Positions 28,458-37,412 of a DNA stretch of 64,000 bases are shown here, piece by piece. The stretch comes from an uncultured Nitrososphaerota archaeon. GTDB taxonomy: Archaea > Thermoproteota > Nitrososphaeria > Nitrososphaerales > Gagatemarchaeaceae. Position numbers and translations under genes: made by a program. The stretch lies in assembly GCA_963703285.1 (NCBI GenBank), contig OY969807.1, positions 768,001-832,000 on the forward strand, given 5' to 3'. Positions within the stretch are counted from its first letter, which is position 1; every line of letters begins with the position of its first letter. The notes below the pieces were generated by a model, which saw nothing but the letters and a program-made list of their open reading frames with translations, was not told where the DNA came from and ran no database searches.

Positions 28458-31121
28458 TCAGTTCTTCGCGCCGTCGAGCAGGGCTACTCTCGCCGCGGCG
28501 AGCCTGGCAACCGGTATCCTGAAGGCTGACGCGGAGACGTAGTTGAGCCCCGCCCTGTGGCAGAGGTAGACGGAGCGCGGGTCCCCTCCGTGCTCCCCGC
28601 ATATCCCGACCTCTAGGTCCGGTCTTGTGGTCCTGCCCAGCTCGACGGCCATGCGGATCAGCTTGCCCACTCCCTTCTCGTCAAGCGTCTCGAACGGGTT
28701 GTCGGGGAGCAGGCCCTCCTCGAGGTAGAAAGGAAGGAACTTCGCCTCTGCGTCCTCCCTGCTGAAGCTGAACGTCGCTTGGCTTAGGTCGTTGGTGCCG
28801 AAGGAGAAGAACTCCGCGTACTTCGCGATCTCGTCGGCATCAAGCGTCGCCCTGACCGTCTCGATCATGGTCCCGAACTTGACGTCGAGCTTGACACCCT
28901 CCCTGGCCTCGACTGCGGTTCGAATCCTCTCGAACTGCTCCCGGACCGCCTTCACCTCTTGATATGCAGCGACCTGTGGGGTCATGATCTTCGGCCTCAC
29001 GCGCACTCCCTCCTTCACGAGCTCGGCCGTCGCCTCCATGACGGCCCTCATCTGCATGTCGTAGATTTCAGGGTGCGTGAGGCCGAGTCTCACCCCCCTG
29101 TGCCCGAGCATTGGGTTCGCCTCGGAGAGCTGCCGCGCCTTGTCGAGCATCCTCTTGGATTCCATCAGCTGCTTCTCCTCGCCGTACCTCTCGAGCTTCT
29201 TCACCTGCTCGAGCATGTCCTCGAACCTGGGTAGGAACTCGTGAAGCGGAGGGTCAAGCAGCCTGATTATCACGGGGAGGTCGTGCATCTCCCTGAGCAT
29301 CCTCTTGAAGTCCTCCTTCTGGAGCGGGCGGAGTCTCTCGAGGCAGGACCTGCGCTCCTCTTCCGTCGAGGCCATTATCATGGCGACCACCAGTGGCAGC
29401 CTCTCCTCCGAGTTGAACATCCTCTCGGTCCTGGCGAGGCCAATCCCCTCTGCGCCCATCTTCCTGGCCCGTGCAGCGGTCTCCGGTGTGTCTGCGTTCG
29501 CCCAGACGCCCAGCCTCTTGACCTGGTCCGCCCAGCTGAGGAGCTCGAAGACCTCGTCCTTCAGCTCGGGCTGGAGCAGGGCGACGGTCCCAGGATACAC
29601 GCGTCCGGTCGAGCCGTCGATGGTGATGGTGTCCCCTTGGGCGACCGTGCGCCCGTCTATCCTGAGAAGACGGCTCTGCTGGTAGATGTTCAGGGATGCG
29701 CAACCGACTATGCATGGCTTGCCGATCCCCCTAGCGACGACCGCCGCGTGGGAGGTCTTCCCTCCCCTGCTCGTGAGGACACCCTGAGCGGCGAAGAAGC
29801 CGTGGACGTCCTCGGGCTTGGTCTCTTCCCTGACGAGGATCACCTTCTCCCCCTTCTTGGTCCATTCGACGGCCGTGTCGGCGTCGAAGACGACCTTCCC
29901 CGAAGCGGCGCCGGGAGCCGCAGGGACTCCCACGGCCACGGGCTCGACCCTGTTGCTCGGGTCGACCCGGGGATGCAGCAGCTGCTCGAGCTGCTCGGGG
30001 GAGATCCTGAGAATCGCCTCGGCCTTGGAGATCACGCCTTCGTGGACCATGTCCACGGCCGCCCTGACAGCTCCCATGGGGCCCATCTTCGCCGCCCTAG
30101 TCTGCAGAAGGAAGAGCCGTCCCCGTTCTATCGTGAACTCGATGTCCTGCGGCTCCCGATAGTGACCCTCGAGCTTCTGGGATATCTTCTCGAGAGCTGC
30201 GAAGACCTCGGGCATCTCGTCCCGTAGGTTCGAAAGGGGTCTGGGCGTCCTGATCCCGGCCACGACATCCTCGCCCTGGGCGTTCGTCAGGTAGTCCCCG
30301 TACAGCCCCTGGCTCCCGGTCGATGGGTCCCGGGTGAAGAGCACCCCAGTGGCGCTGTCGTTGCCCAGGTTCCCGAAGACCATCGTAACGACGGTGACCG
30401 CCGTGCCCTTTGCGAGTTCGGGTGTAATCTTGTACTGCTTGCGGTACTCGATGCACCTCTTCCCGTTCCAGCTCCTGAAGACGGCCTCTATCGCGAGCTC
30501 GAGCTGCCTTGCAGGGTCCTGCGGCAGCGGCTTGCCTTCCCTACGGAGGAGGTCCCTGTAGGAGTCGGCCACCCTCATCATGGCGTCTGCGTCGAGGTCG
30601 CTGTCCTGCGCCGCCCCCCTCCTCCTCTTCTCGCCCTCCAGGAGGTTGGAGAATTCTTCCTCCTCCACGCCGAGCACTATCTTGCCGAACAGCTGGATGA
30701 ACCTCCTGTAGGTGTCGTAGGCGAACCTCCTGTCTCCCGTGAGGTTGGCTAGCCCTTCAGCGACCACGTCGTTCAGCCCAAGGTTCAGGATGGTGTCCAT
30801 CATCCCCGGCATGGAGACCGGAGCACCCGACCTGACCGAGACCAACAGAGGGTTCTTCGAGTCGCCGAACCTCTTCCCGGTGCGCTCCTCCAGCGATGCC
30901 ATCGCCGAGAGCACCGAGGGCATGAGGCCCGTGGGCAGCTCCTGCGAGTTTCGGTAGAACTCTTCGCAGACGTTCGTGGTTATCACGAATCCAGGGGGGA
31001 TCGGCAGGCCCAGGGCCGTCATCTCGCACAGCCCGGCGCCCTTCCCGCCCAGCAGCTTCTTGTCGGTGACGCCCTCGTCGAAGAAGTACAACCACTTCAG
31101 CTGGGAGTTCGCCAACTGCAT
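28458..31121 (-). CDS. ppdK: Pyruvate phosphate dikinase
   Basis: LGGKGA, SVRSGAPVSMPGMMDT, GGKTSHAAVVARG, SFGTNDL, GICGEHGGDP. Confidence 0.98.
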   Translation of the reverse strand: MQLANSQLKWLYFFDEGVTDKKLLGGKGAGLCEMTALGLPIPPGFVITTNVCEEFYRNSQELPTGLMPSVLSAMASLEERTGKRFGDSKNPLLVSVRSGAPVSMPGMMDTILNLGLNDVVAEGLANLTGDRRFAYDTYRRFIQLFGKIVLGVEEEEFSNLLEGEKRRRGAAQDSDLDADAMMRVADSYRDLLRREGKPLPQDPARQLELAIEAVFRSWNGKRCIEYRKQYKITPELAKGTAVTVVTMVFGNLGNDSATGVLFTRDPSTGSQGLYGDYLTNAQGEDVVAGIRTPRPLSNLRDEMPEVFAALEKISQKLEGHYREPQDIEFTIERGRLFLLQTRAAKMGPMGAVRAAVDMVHEGVISKAEAILRISPEQLEQLLHPRVDPSNRVEPVAVGVPAAPGAASGKVVFDADTAVEWTKKGEKVILVREETKPEDVHGFFAAQGVLTSRGGKTSHAAVVARGIGKPCIVGCASLNIYQQSRLLRIDGRTVAQGDTITIDGSTGRVYPGTVALLQPELKDEVFELLSWADQVKRLGVWANADTPETAARARKMGAEGIGLARTERMFNSEERLPLVVAMIMASTEEERRSCLERLRPLQKEDFKRMLREMHDLPVIIRLLDPPLHEFLPRFEDMLEQVKKLERYGEEKQLMESKRMLDKARQLSEANPMLGHRGVRLGLTHPEIYDMQMRAVMEATAELVKEGVRVRPKIMTPQVAAYQEVKAVREQFERIRTAVEAREGVKLDVKFGTMIETVRATLDADEIAKYAEFFSFGTNDLSQATFSFSREDAEAKFLPFYLEEGLLPDNPFETLDEKGVGKLIRMAVELGRTTRPDLEVGICGEHGGDPRSVYLCHRAGLNYVSASAFRIPVARLAAARVALLDGAKN

Positions 31122-31167
31122 AGGTCGGCCCAACAACTAATTCGTTATAAGTGTAAGCAACAAAACC

Positions 31168-31599
31168 TCAAGCGCGGCCTCCAAGGGCGGAAACGAGCCC
31201 GAAGATGACGAGGGCCTCATCGAGAGCCGGGACCTTCCGGTAGCGCCACAGAAATCGGGGCTGCACCCATCTAAACTCAGAGTGCTCGGAGACGGCCACC
31301 CTGTCGGACTGCGACCTCAGGAGGAAAGGAACGGCTATGGCGCGGCCGTACCCGTCCGAGTATTCTATGAGCCTCCCGGTCTTCACTAGGTCGACCTCGA
31401 GCCCCGACTCCTCGCGCGCTTCTCTGGTCATGCAGTCCTCTGCAGACTCGCCGGCTTCGAAATGGCCGCCGAGGCAGTCCCACATGCCCGGGTATGTGTC
31501 ATCATCGGTCTTTCTCTTTAGGAGCAGGACCCTGCCATTCTGAACGAGAATACCAGCCGTGAATACCCTCGTTTTCACGCCCTTCGAGCCATTTTCCAT
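31168..31599 (-). CDS. NUDIX hydrolase
   Basis: GGHFEAGESAEDCMTREAREESG Nudix box. Confidence 0.92.
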   Translation of the reverse strand: MENGSKGVKTRVFTAGILVQNGRVLLLKRKTDDDTYPGMWDCLGGHFEAGESAEDCMTREAREESGLEVDLVKTGRLIEYSDGYGRAIAVPFLLRSQSDRVAVSEHSEFRWVQPRFLWRYRKVPALDEALVIFGLVSALGGRA

Positions 31600-31618
31600 G
31601 CTAATGAAGTTGATATCG

Positions 31619-32824
31619 TCACGGTACGAGCTGCGAGGAGTGCCTCACGAACCTGCCTCCCGGGAAGACGATGCCGCCCCGGAGGAGGACTTTTTCGACC
31701 GAATAACGCATCTCCTCCCCGGCGAAGGGGGTCACCCTCGCCTTCGAGACGAAGTGATCGGGGTTCACCCTCCAGCTCCTACTGCCCATGACAACCAGAT
31801 CCGCTGTGTAGCCGGGAGATATCTTCCCCTTCTTGATGCCCAGGTAGGCGGCTGGTGCCTCGCAGAACATCCTGCACAGCAGTTCAAGGTTGTCCGTCCT
31901 GGTGAGGAAGAGAGGCAGGGCGAGCTCAAGTCCGGGGAAGCCTGGCGCACCCCTCAGCTTATCCTCGGCGGTGTGGGGAGCGTGGTCGGTAGCGTAGAAG
32001 TCGAACTTACCCTCGCCGAGGAGGCGCCTCATCGCCTTCGCGCTGGCTGCCGGCGTGAGCCGGGGGTTGACCTTCGAGGCCTTCCCGATCCGCTTGGCCG
32101 CTGTCGCCGAGTCCATGAAGAGGTGGTGGGGAGACACTTCGATCGTGAGTCCCCTGTGCGAGGCCCTCGCGCCGACCAAGGTCCGGGCCGCCGCAGGGGT
32201 GGAGAGGTGCGCGAACCTGACATCGGAATGCGGTCCGACCTCGCCCAAGATTTTTCTGACGGCGACGAGTTCAGCCCCCGAGGCGTCTCCGCCGGCGAGC
32301 GAGCTCTCGTCCTCCGCGTGCACCGCCACCTTGAGGCCGGCCCGCTGAGAGTTCCGGAGGACGCCCCGGAATCCCTCGAGGTCGGGAGGATAGAGCTTGA
32401 CCGCAAAGGCGCCGGCACCCTTGATCCGGCGAAACTCCTCCGCCTCCCTCGGTGGCGAAGCGTGAACGGCGAAGTCGGTGAGCGAGCGCTCCCTGAGCAG
32501 CTCGATGCGCTCCTCCACCAGCTCCGCCGAATCGAGCTTCGGAACCGTGTTTGGCATCTCCGCGACGGTCGTCACCCCGCCCGCCAGCGCGCTCGCAGTC
32601 CCCGTCTCCACGGTTTCCTTCGAAGCCTGAGACCAGTCCCGAAGATGGACGTGGAGATCGGTGGCGGCCGGAATCAGGAACTGCGACCGGTCCAGCTCGA
32701 TAGAGGCTGTCGCCTGCCCCACCGGCTCGCGAGAGACCCTCGCGATGACGCCGTCCTTGATGTAGACCCAGGTCGGGACGAGCTCGCCGACGTATGCGTC
32801 TCCATGGAGCGCCAGGTCGAACAA
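31619..32824 (-). CDS. pyrC: Dihydroorotase
   Basis: DLHVHLR, EMPNT, VHAED, PHHL, KVNP, ATDHAPH; follows pyrBI. Confidence 0.93.
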   Translation of the reverse strand: MFDLALHGDAYVGELVPTWVYIKDGVIARVSREPVGQATASIELDRSQFLIPAATDLHVHLRDWSQASKETVETGTASALAGGVTTVAEMPNTVPKLDSAELVEERIELLRERSLTDFAVHASPPREAEEFRRIKGAGAFAVKLYPPDLEGFRGVLRNSQRAGLKVAVHAEDESSLAGGDASGAELVAVRKILGEVGPHSDVRFAHLSTPAAARTLVGARASHRGLTIEVSPHHLFMDSATAAKRIGKASKVNPRLTPAASAKAMRRLLGEGKFDFYATDHAPHTAEDKLRGAPGFPGLELALPLFLTRTDNLELLCRMFCEAPAAYLGIKKGKISPGYTADLVVMGSRSWRVNPDHFVSKARVTPFAGEEMRYSVEKVLLRGGIVFPGGRFVRHSSQLVP

Positions 32825-32829
32825 CGTTA

Positions 32830-33306
32830 CTACCCGAGTTCGCCCGCAATCTCCTGCTCGGTCAGGTCCCTCCCGCAGAACTTGCACCTGTAGACGAGGG
32901 GGGAGGCGCTGACCAGAGAGAAGACGGACCGGACAGAATCCTTCTCGCGGACCGAGACGCAGGTCGTCGCGGTACAGCGCAAGACGCCGGTGATGGACTT
33001 CGGGAGGACCGCGCTCTTCTTCTCTGAGACCCGGTACGACCTGATTATGTTCACGCTCGCGAGGGGGGCTATCAGCGAGAGCTTCTGAACCTGCTCGTCG
33101 GTCAGCTCGACGCCCTCGACCTTCAGGATGTCCTTCCTGCCCATCTTCGAGCTGCGGACGTTCATGACCAGTGCGACCGTCACGCCCCTCTGCTGCGGGT
33201 CGCCGAGGAGCCTGAGGACGGAGAGAGCCTTCCCCGCCGAGATGTGGTCGATGACGGTGCCGTCGGCTATCTTCTGAACCAGCATCTTCTCCGTCTCGCT
33301 CATCAT
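32830..33306 (-). CDS. pyrI: Aspartate carbamoyltransferase regulatory chain
   Basis: GTVIDHI, KDILKVE, four Zn cysteines. Confidence 0.96.
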   Translation of the reverse strand: MMSETEKMLVQKIADGTVIDHISAGKALSVLRLLGDPQQRGVTVALVMNVRSSKMGRKDILKVEGVELTDEQVQKLSLIAPLASVNIIRSYRVSEKKSAVLPKSITGVLRCTATTCVSVREKDSVRSVFSLVSASPLVYRCKFCGRDLTEQEIAGELG

Positions 33307-34253
33307 GGTTCTCCTCCCATGACGAGGTGCAGAAGCGCCATCCTCACGGGGACGCCCAGTCTGGCCTGCTGCATGTAAGCGGCGTTGGGAAGGTCGTCGA
33401 CGTCATAGGACAGTTCGTTCACCCTGGGGAGGGGGTGCATCACGATGGCGTCCCTTGCCTTGGCGAGCAGGCTCCTATTGATCCTGTAGCTCCCCTTGAC
33501 CTTCTCGTACTCGTTGGGGTCAGGGAAGCGCTCCTTCTGTATCCTGTTCATGTAGATGACGTCGACCTCGCCTAGAATCGGCTCAAGGTCGGGCAGCTCG
33601 TCTGTCGTCATCCCCAGGCGGGCTATCGAATCCTTAACCTCGCTCCTCATGCGGAGGCCCTCAGGCGAGACGAGGTGCACCGCTGCTGGCTTGTACTTGG
33701 AAAGGCCGTAGAGGAAGGAGGCCGCCGTGCGGGAGTAGCGGGTGTCGCCCACGATCGCGTATCGGAGCCCGTCTACGGTCCCCTTGAGCTTCCTTATGGT
33801 GTAGAGGTCGAGCATGGCCTGGGTCGGATGGTGCTGCGAGCCGTCGCCCCCGTTCACGATCGGGACGTCGCTGACCTCAGCCGCTAGGAGGGCCGCGCCC
33901 TCCGAGGGATGTCGCATGACGATGAGGTCAGAGTAGGCCCTGAGCATCATTATCGTGTCCGAGAGACTCTCTCCCTTCATCACGGAGGAGACGTCCGGCG
34001 ACAGATCTATCACCTTGGCCCCCAGCTTGAGGGCCGCGGTCGTGAAGCTCAACCTCGTCCTGGTGCTGGGCTCCAGAAAGGCGGTCGCGACGATGCGGTC
34101 GGCCAAGGTCCGGGGGACCGACTCGGGGTGCTCGAGGAACCGGTCCGTCGTGGAGAAGAGCAGCTCCAGATCGGAACGTGAAAAGTCGAGGATGCTGAGA
34201 ACGTCCTTGCCTGACCAGGCATCTGTCCTCAACCCCTTACACCCAAAGCCCAC
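33303..34253 (-). CDS. pyrB: Aspartate carbamoyltransferase catalytic chain
   Basis: EPSTRTRLSF, HPTQAMLD, RIQKERF, MHPLPR. Confidence 0.97.
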   Translation of the reverse strand: MGFGCKGLRTDAWSGKDVLSILDFSRSDLELLFSTTDRFLEHPESVPRTLADRIVATAFLEPSTRTRLSFTTAALKLGAKVIDLSPDVSSVMKGESLSDTIMMLRAYSDLIVMRHPSEGAALLAAEVSDVPIVNGGDGSQHHPTQAMLDLYTIRKLKGTVDGLRYAIVGDTRYSRTAASFLYGLSKYKPAAVHLVSPEGLRMRSEVKDSIARLGMTTDELPDLEPILGEVDVIYMNRIQKERFPDPNEYEKVKGSYRINRSLLAKARDAIVMHPLPRVNELSYDVDDLPNAAYMQQARLGVPVRMALLHLVMGGEP

Positions 34254-34320
34254 CCGAGTGATTGCATATTAACGATGCGGGCGGCCCCGAGCGCGAGCGC
34301 GGAACCTCCTCCTGGAAGGA

Positions 34321-35112
34321 CTAGATGGACCTGAGGATAGCGCCGTCAACCGGAATCGTCGCGCCGGACACGTAGGACGATAGGTCGCTGCCCAGGAAGA
34401 CGATGGCATTCGCCAGCTCCTCTGTGGTGCCGATTCTTCCCAGGGGTATCTCCTTCTCGATTTCGCGCACGTAGTCCTCGGGGCTGATGCCGCGCCTCCT
34501 CGACTGGTCCTGGGCGAGCTGGTCGATCCTCCCCGTGCGAATGAACCCTGGCATGATCCCGTTCACCCTGATGCCCCTCGGGCCGAGTTCCCTTGCGAGC
34601 GTCCTGACGAGGGAGAGGACGGCCGCCCTGCAGACGCTCGAGAGGGCTATAGCCAGCGTCGGCTCCTTGATGACGTACGACGAGAGGAAGACCATGCGGC
34701 CCTTCACGCCGTCCGCGATCATGCGCTCCGCGACGAGCTTGGCGAGGTAGGCAGGGCTGACGACGAGGAGGTCGGAAGCGTACCTCCAGTCTTCATATGA
34801 GAACTCCAGGAATCGGCCAGGCTTGGGCGAGCCGGTGACATAGACCAGCGTATCGATTCCTCCCAGGTTCGAAGCCGCGTACTGGACGACCTTCTCGAGG
34901 TCGGACTTGGCAGCAAGGTCCCCCGCGACTCCGTGGACCTCGCCCGACGGAGAGAGCTTGGAAACGGCCGCGTCCAGTTTGGCCTGGTTGGACGAGTTGA
35001 TCACGACTCGAGCGCCCTCGCGCAGAAAAGCCTGCGCTGCTCCAAAACCGATGCCGCTGCTCGCAGCGGTGACGAGCACCCTCTGACCCTTCAGACCGGA
35101 ACTCAGGGGCAT
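34321..35112 (-). CDS. SDR family oxidoreductase
   Basis: TAASSGIG; atypical SxxxR active site; VDG tail. Confidence 0.9.
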   Translation of the reverse strand: MPLSSGLKGQRVLVTAASSGIGFGAAQAFLREGARVVINSSNQAKLDAAVSKLSPSGEVHGVAGDLAAKSDLEKVVQYAASNLGGIDTLVYVTGSPKPGRFLEFSYEDWRYASDLLVVSPAYLAKLVAERMIADGVKGRMVFLSSYVIKEPTLAIALSSVCRAAVLSLVRTLARELGPRGIRVNGIMPGFIRTGRIDQLAQDQSRRRGISPEDYVREIEKEIPLGRIGTTEELANAIVFLGSDLSSYVSGATIPVDGAILRSI

Positions 35113-35134
35113 GCCTCGCGATTCGCGAAATCCG

Positions 35135-36011
35135 CTAATAAGTCGCGCGCCGATCGTGAGGCAGCTTCGCGCTTACCCTCTCGGACTCGGCGAAGACGTT
35201 CGGAGGCAGGTCGGGCTTTGAGAGAAGGTACCTGAGGCCGCTCTTGCCGCCGAGCAGGGCGACGGCCGAGTATCCGGCGCCGAAGTAGGACTGGAACACC
35301 TCTCTGGTTGCCTGCCTCCAGCGTAGGCCCTCCTTCGGATATCTCTTCTTCAGGGCAACGACGTCTGTGGGAATCTCGACGAGGGCGCTCTTCACCCCAA
35401 GGTCTACGCGCCAGTCCTCGCAGAAGGCCTCCTCTCCGCGCCCGCGGACCTTTATCACTGCGAGCGCGTCGCGCGGCGCGGCGCGTCCGAGAGACCTTAT
35501 TCTCGCGAGAAGGCCTGGTTCCACGTACCATTCGCAGAGGAATCTGTCCGTGGGCCATCCCTTGTTGATCGAGTCGTTCATGGGGCCATAGTAGTCCTCG
35601 TGATAGTTCCTTGCGATGACCCCGAGCTTCTTCATGTTGAAGAAGGCGTTCCTGGCGATGATGGGATCGAACGTCCACGCGAACTAGCGAGTAACCACGC
35701 TCGAACGCGATCTCGCGCTGCTTGGTCTTGATGAGGTACCCGATCCCCTTGGACTGGTACTCCTTCGAGACGCCCGTCATGTGCGAGTACATGTAGAACG
35801 TCCCGCCCCTCGACCCGACCAGGGCGATGGCCATCCCCACCATCTTCCCCGAATCGAACGCCCCGAGTACGAGTCCCCCGTTGTCGTTTATCGCGATCAT
35901 GACCTCCTTGGGGACGGCGCCCCGGGGACCCATCCCCCAGGCGGACATCTGCACCTCCTCCGCCGCCTCGAACTCGCGCAGATCAGAGAGCGGCCTGACC
36001 AGCACTCCCAT
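35135..36011 (-). CDS. GNAT-family acyltransferase of the type found beside NSAR/OSBS; frameshift near 35682
   Basis: YSHMTGV..EYQSKGIG; removing one base restores LVAWTFDP..RNAFFN..KLG..YYG.M.D..N...TDR. Confidence 0.85.
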
Positions 36012-36049
36012 CGGGAGCCGCGGCCGGATTTTTTTATTTAAGGCTTGGC

Positions 36050-36064
36050 CGCCGACTTCGGGCG
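36050..36064 (+). repeat. Left target-site duplication CGCCGACTTCGGGCG
   Basis: Identical 15-mer at 37106-37120. Confidence 0.92.
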
Positions 36065-37105
36065 TCTGTTATCCTGAAATTGGTTCACCCCCTTGCCATC
36101 AAGATTAGAGCGAGGTGGGTATGGAACAGGGGAAGACGCTTCTACGTCTACATGAAGCTCGATCCCATCAAAGTAGCGTGGATCGTCAGGCAGAAGGAGG
36201 ACGGGATGAGGAACTCCGCGATAGCGAGCTCGATGGGGGTCTCGGTGAGGAGGGTCCAGGAGCTCTACGCGTCCTATCGCACGACAGGTGCGATACCAGA
36301 GCTGAAGAGGCCGGGAAGGAAGCGCGTCGAGGCGACTGAACAAGAGTCGAAGGTCGTCGCAGAGGCCTACGCAAGGCACAGGGCGGGAGCGGTCGTCCTC
36401 GAGCGCGTCATCGAGGTTAACTACGCGACGCACATACCTCACAACCGCATCCACAGGGTGATGAGGTCGATGGGACTCGCGAGGGACGAACCGAGGAAGC
36501 AGAGGAGGAGGAAGTGGGTACGATACGAGAGGAAGTACTCGAACTCGCTCTGGCACACGGACTGGACCCTCATCGAGGGTATGGGATGGCTCATCGCATA
36601 CCTTGACGATGCCTCAAGGTTCATCGTCGGGTACGGGTTGTTCCCCGAGGCGACGTCGGAGCACGCCGTGGAGGTGCTGAAGGAAGCCATCAAGAAGCAC
36701 GGGAAGCCCGCCTCGATCCTCACGGACAGGGGAATACAGTTCTACGCCGTGGAGGCTGGCGACAGGCTGAGGGGGCTGACGGCGTTCGAGAAGTACCTCA
36801 TCGAGAGCGAGATCAGGCAGGTCCTATCGAGGGTGTCACACCCGCAGACCAACGGGAAGGTGGAACGTTTCTTCAGGACGGTCAAGGACAAGCGCCGATT
36901 CTTCGGCAGCATCGACGAGCTGATGGAGTGGTACAACGTGACGAGACCGCACATGTCGCTGAACCTGGACGTCATCGAGACCCCTTACCAGGCATACCTG
37001 AGGAAGATGCCCGACAAGGAAGGGATGGTGACGGACGAGGAATCGGGAGAGACATACCATGCCCAGAAGAGCTAGAAAGGGGCGAACTCATTTCGGGATA
37101 GCACA
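36065..37105 (+). mobile_element. IS481-family insertion sequence, 1041 bp
   Basis: Imperfect terminal IRs TCTGTTATCCTGAAATTGGTTCACCCCCTT and (reverse complement) TGTGCTATCCCGAAATGAGTTCGCCCCTTT; flanking 15-bp direct repeat. Confidence 0.92.
36152..37075 (+). CDS. IS481-family DDE transposase
   Basis: N-terminal HTH; LWHTDW, YLDDASR, ILTDRG, HPQTNGKVERFF, YN..RPH.SL. Confidence 0.95.
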   Translation: MKLDPIKVAWIVRQKEDGMRNSAIASSMGVSVRRVQELYASYRTTGAIPELKRPGRKRVEATEQESKVVAEAYARHRAGAVVLERVIEVNYATHIPHNRIHRVMRSMGLARDEPRKQRRRKWVRYERKYSNSLWHTDWTLIEGMGWLIAYLDDASRFIVGYGLFPEATSEHAVEVLKEAIKKHGKPASILTDRGIQFYAVEAGDRLRGLTAFEKYLIESEIRQVLSRVSHPQTNGKVERFFRTVKDKRRFFGSIDELMEWYNVTRPHMSLNLDVIETPYQAYLRKMPDKEGMVTDEESGETYHAQKS

Positions 37106-37120
37106 CGCCGACTTCGGGCG
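37106..37120 (+). repeat. Right target-site duplication CGCCGACTTCGGGCG
   Basis: Identical 15-mer at 36050-36064. Confidence 0.92.
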
Positions 37121-37159
37121 GGCCGGACGAACCTGCCGCGTCCCGGCTTTCTGACGACG

Positions 37160-37315
37160 TCACCATTTTCCATCACGACCGGGCCGCTCGAGGCTCCCGG
37201 AAGGATTGAAGCTCTCCATCTTCACCGGGACATCGGCGCGCTCCTTTCGGCCGAAGGTATGCGCGTGAGCCTGACGAGCGGAGTGATCCCAGTCGTCTCG
37301 AGGATTCCTTTGACG
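37160..37315 (-). pseudogene. Decayed 5' fragment of a cysteine-synthase-family PLP enzyme
   Basis: KGILETTGITPLVRLTRI in one frame, ADVPVKMESFNPSGSL in another; catalytic KDR lost. Confidence 0.7.
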
Positions 37316-37412
37316 GCCCGCAAGCGCGCCCACGGTTCTCCCCAAGTTGTTTATTGGTTCGGAGGCACTTCGCGCCAGACTTAACTATCGGAGGGGACCT
37401 CCCGAGTCAGGT

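Noticed and set aside
28231-28542. 103-aa plus-strand ORF
   Set aside because: Overlaps the ppdK 3' end antisense; no recognisable motif.
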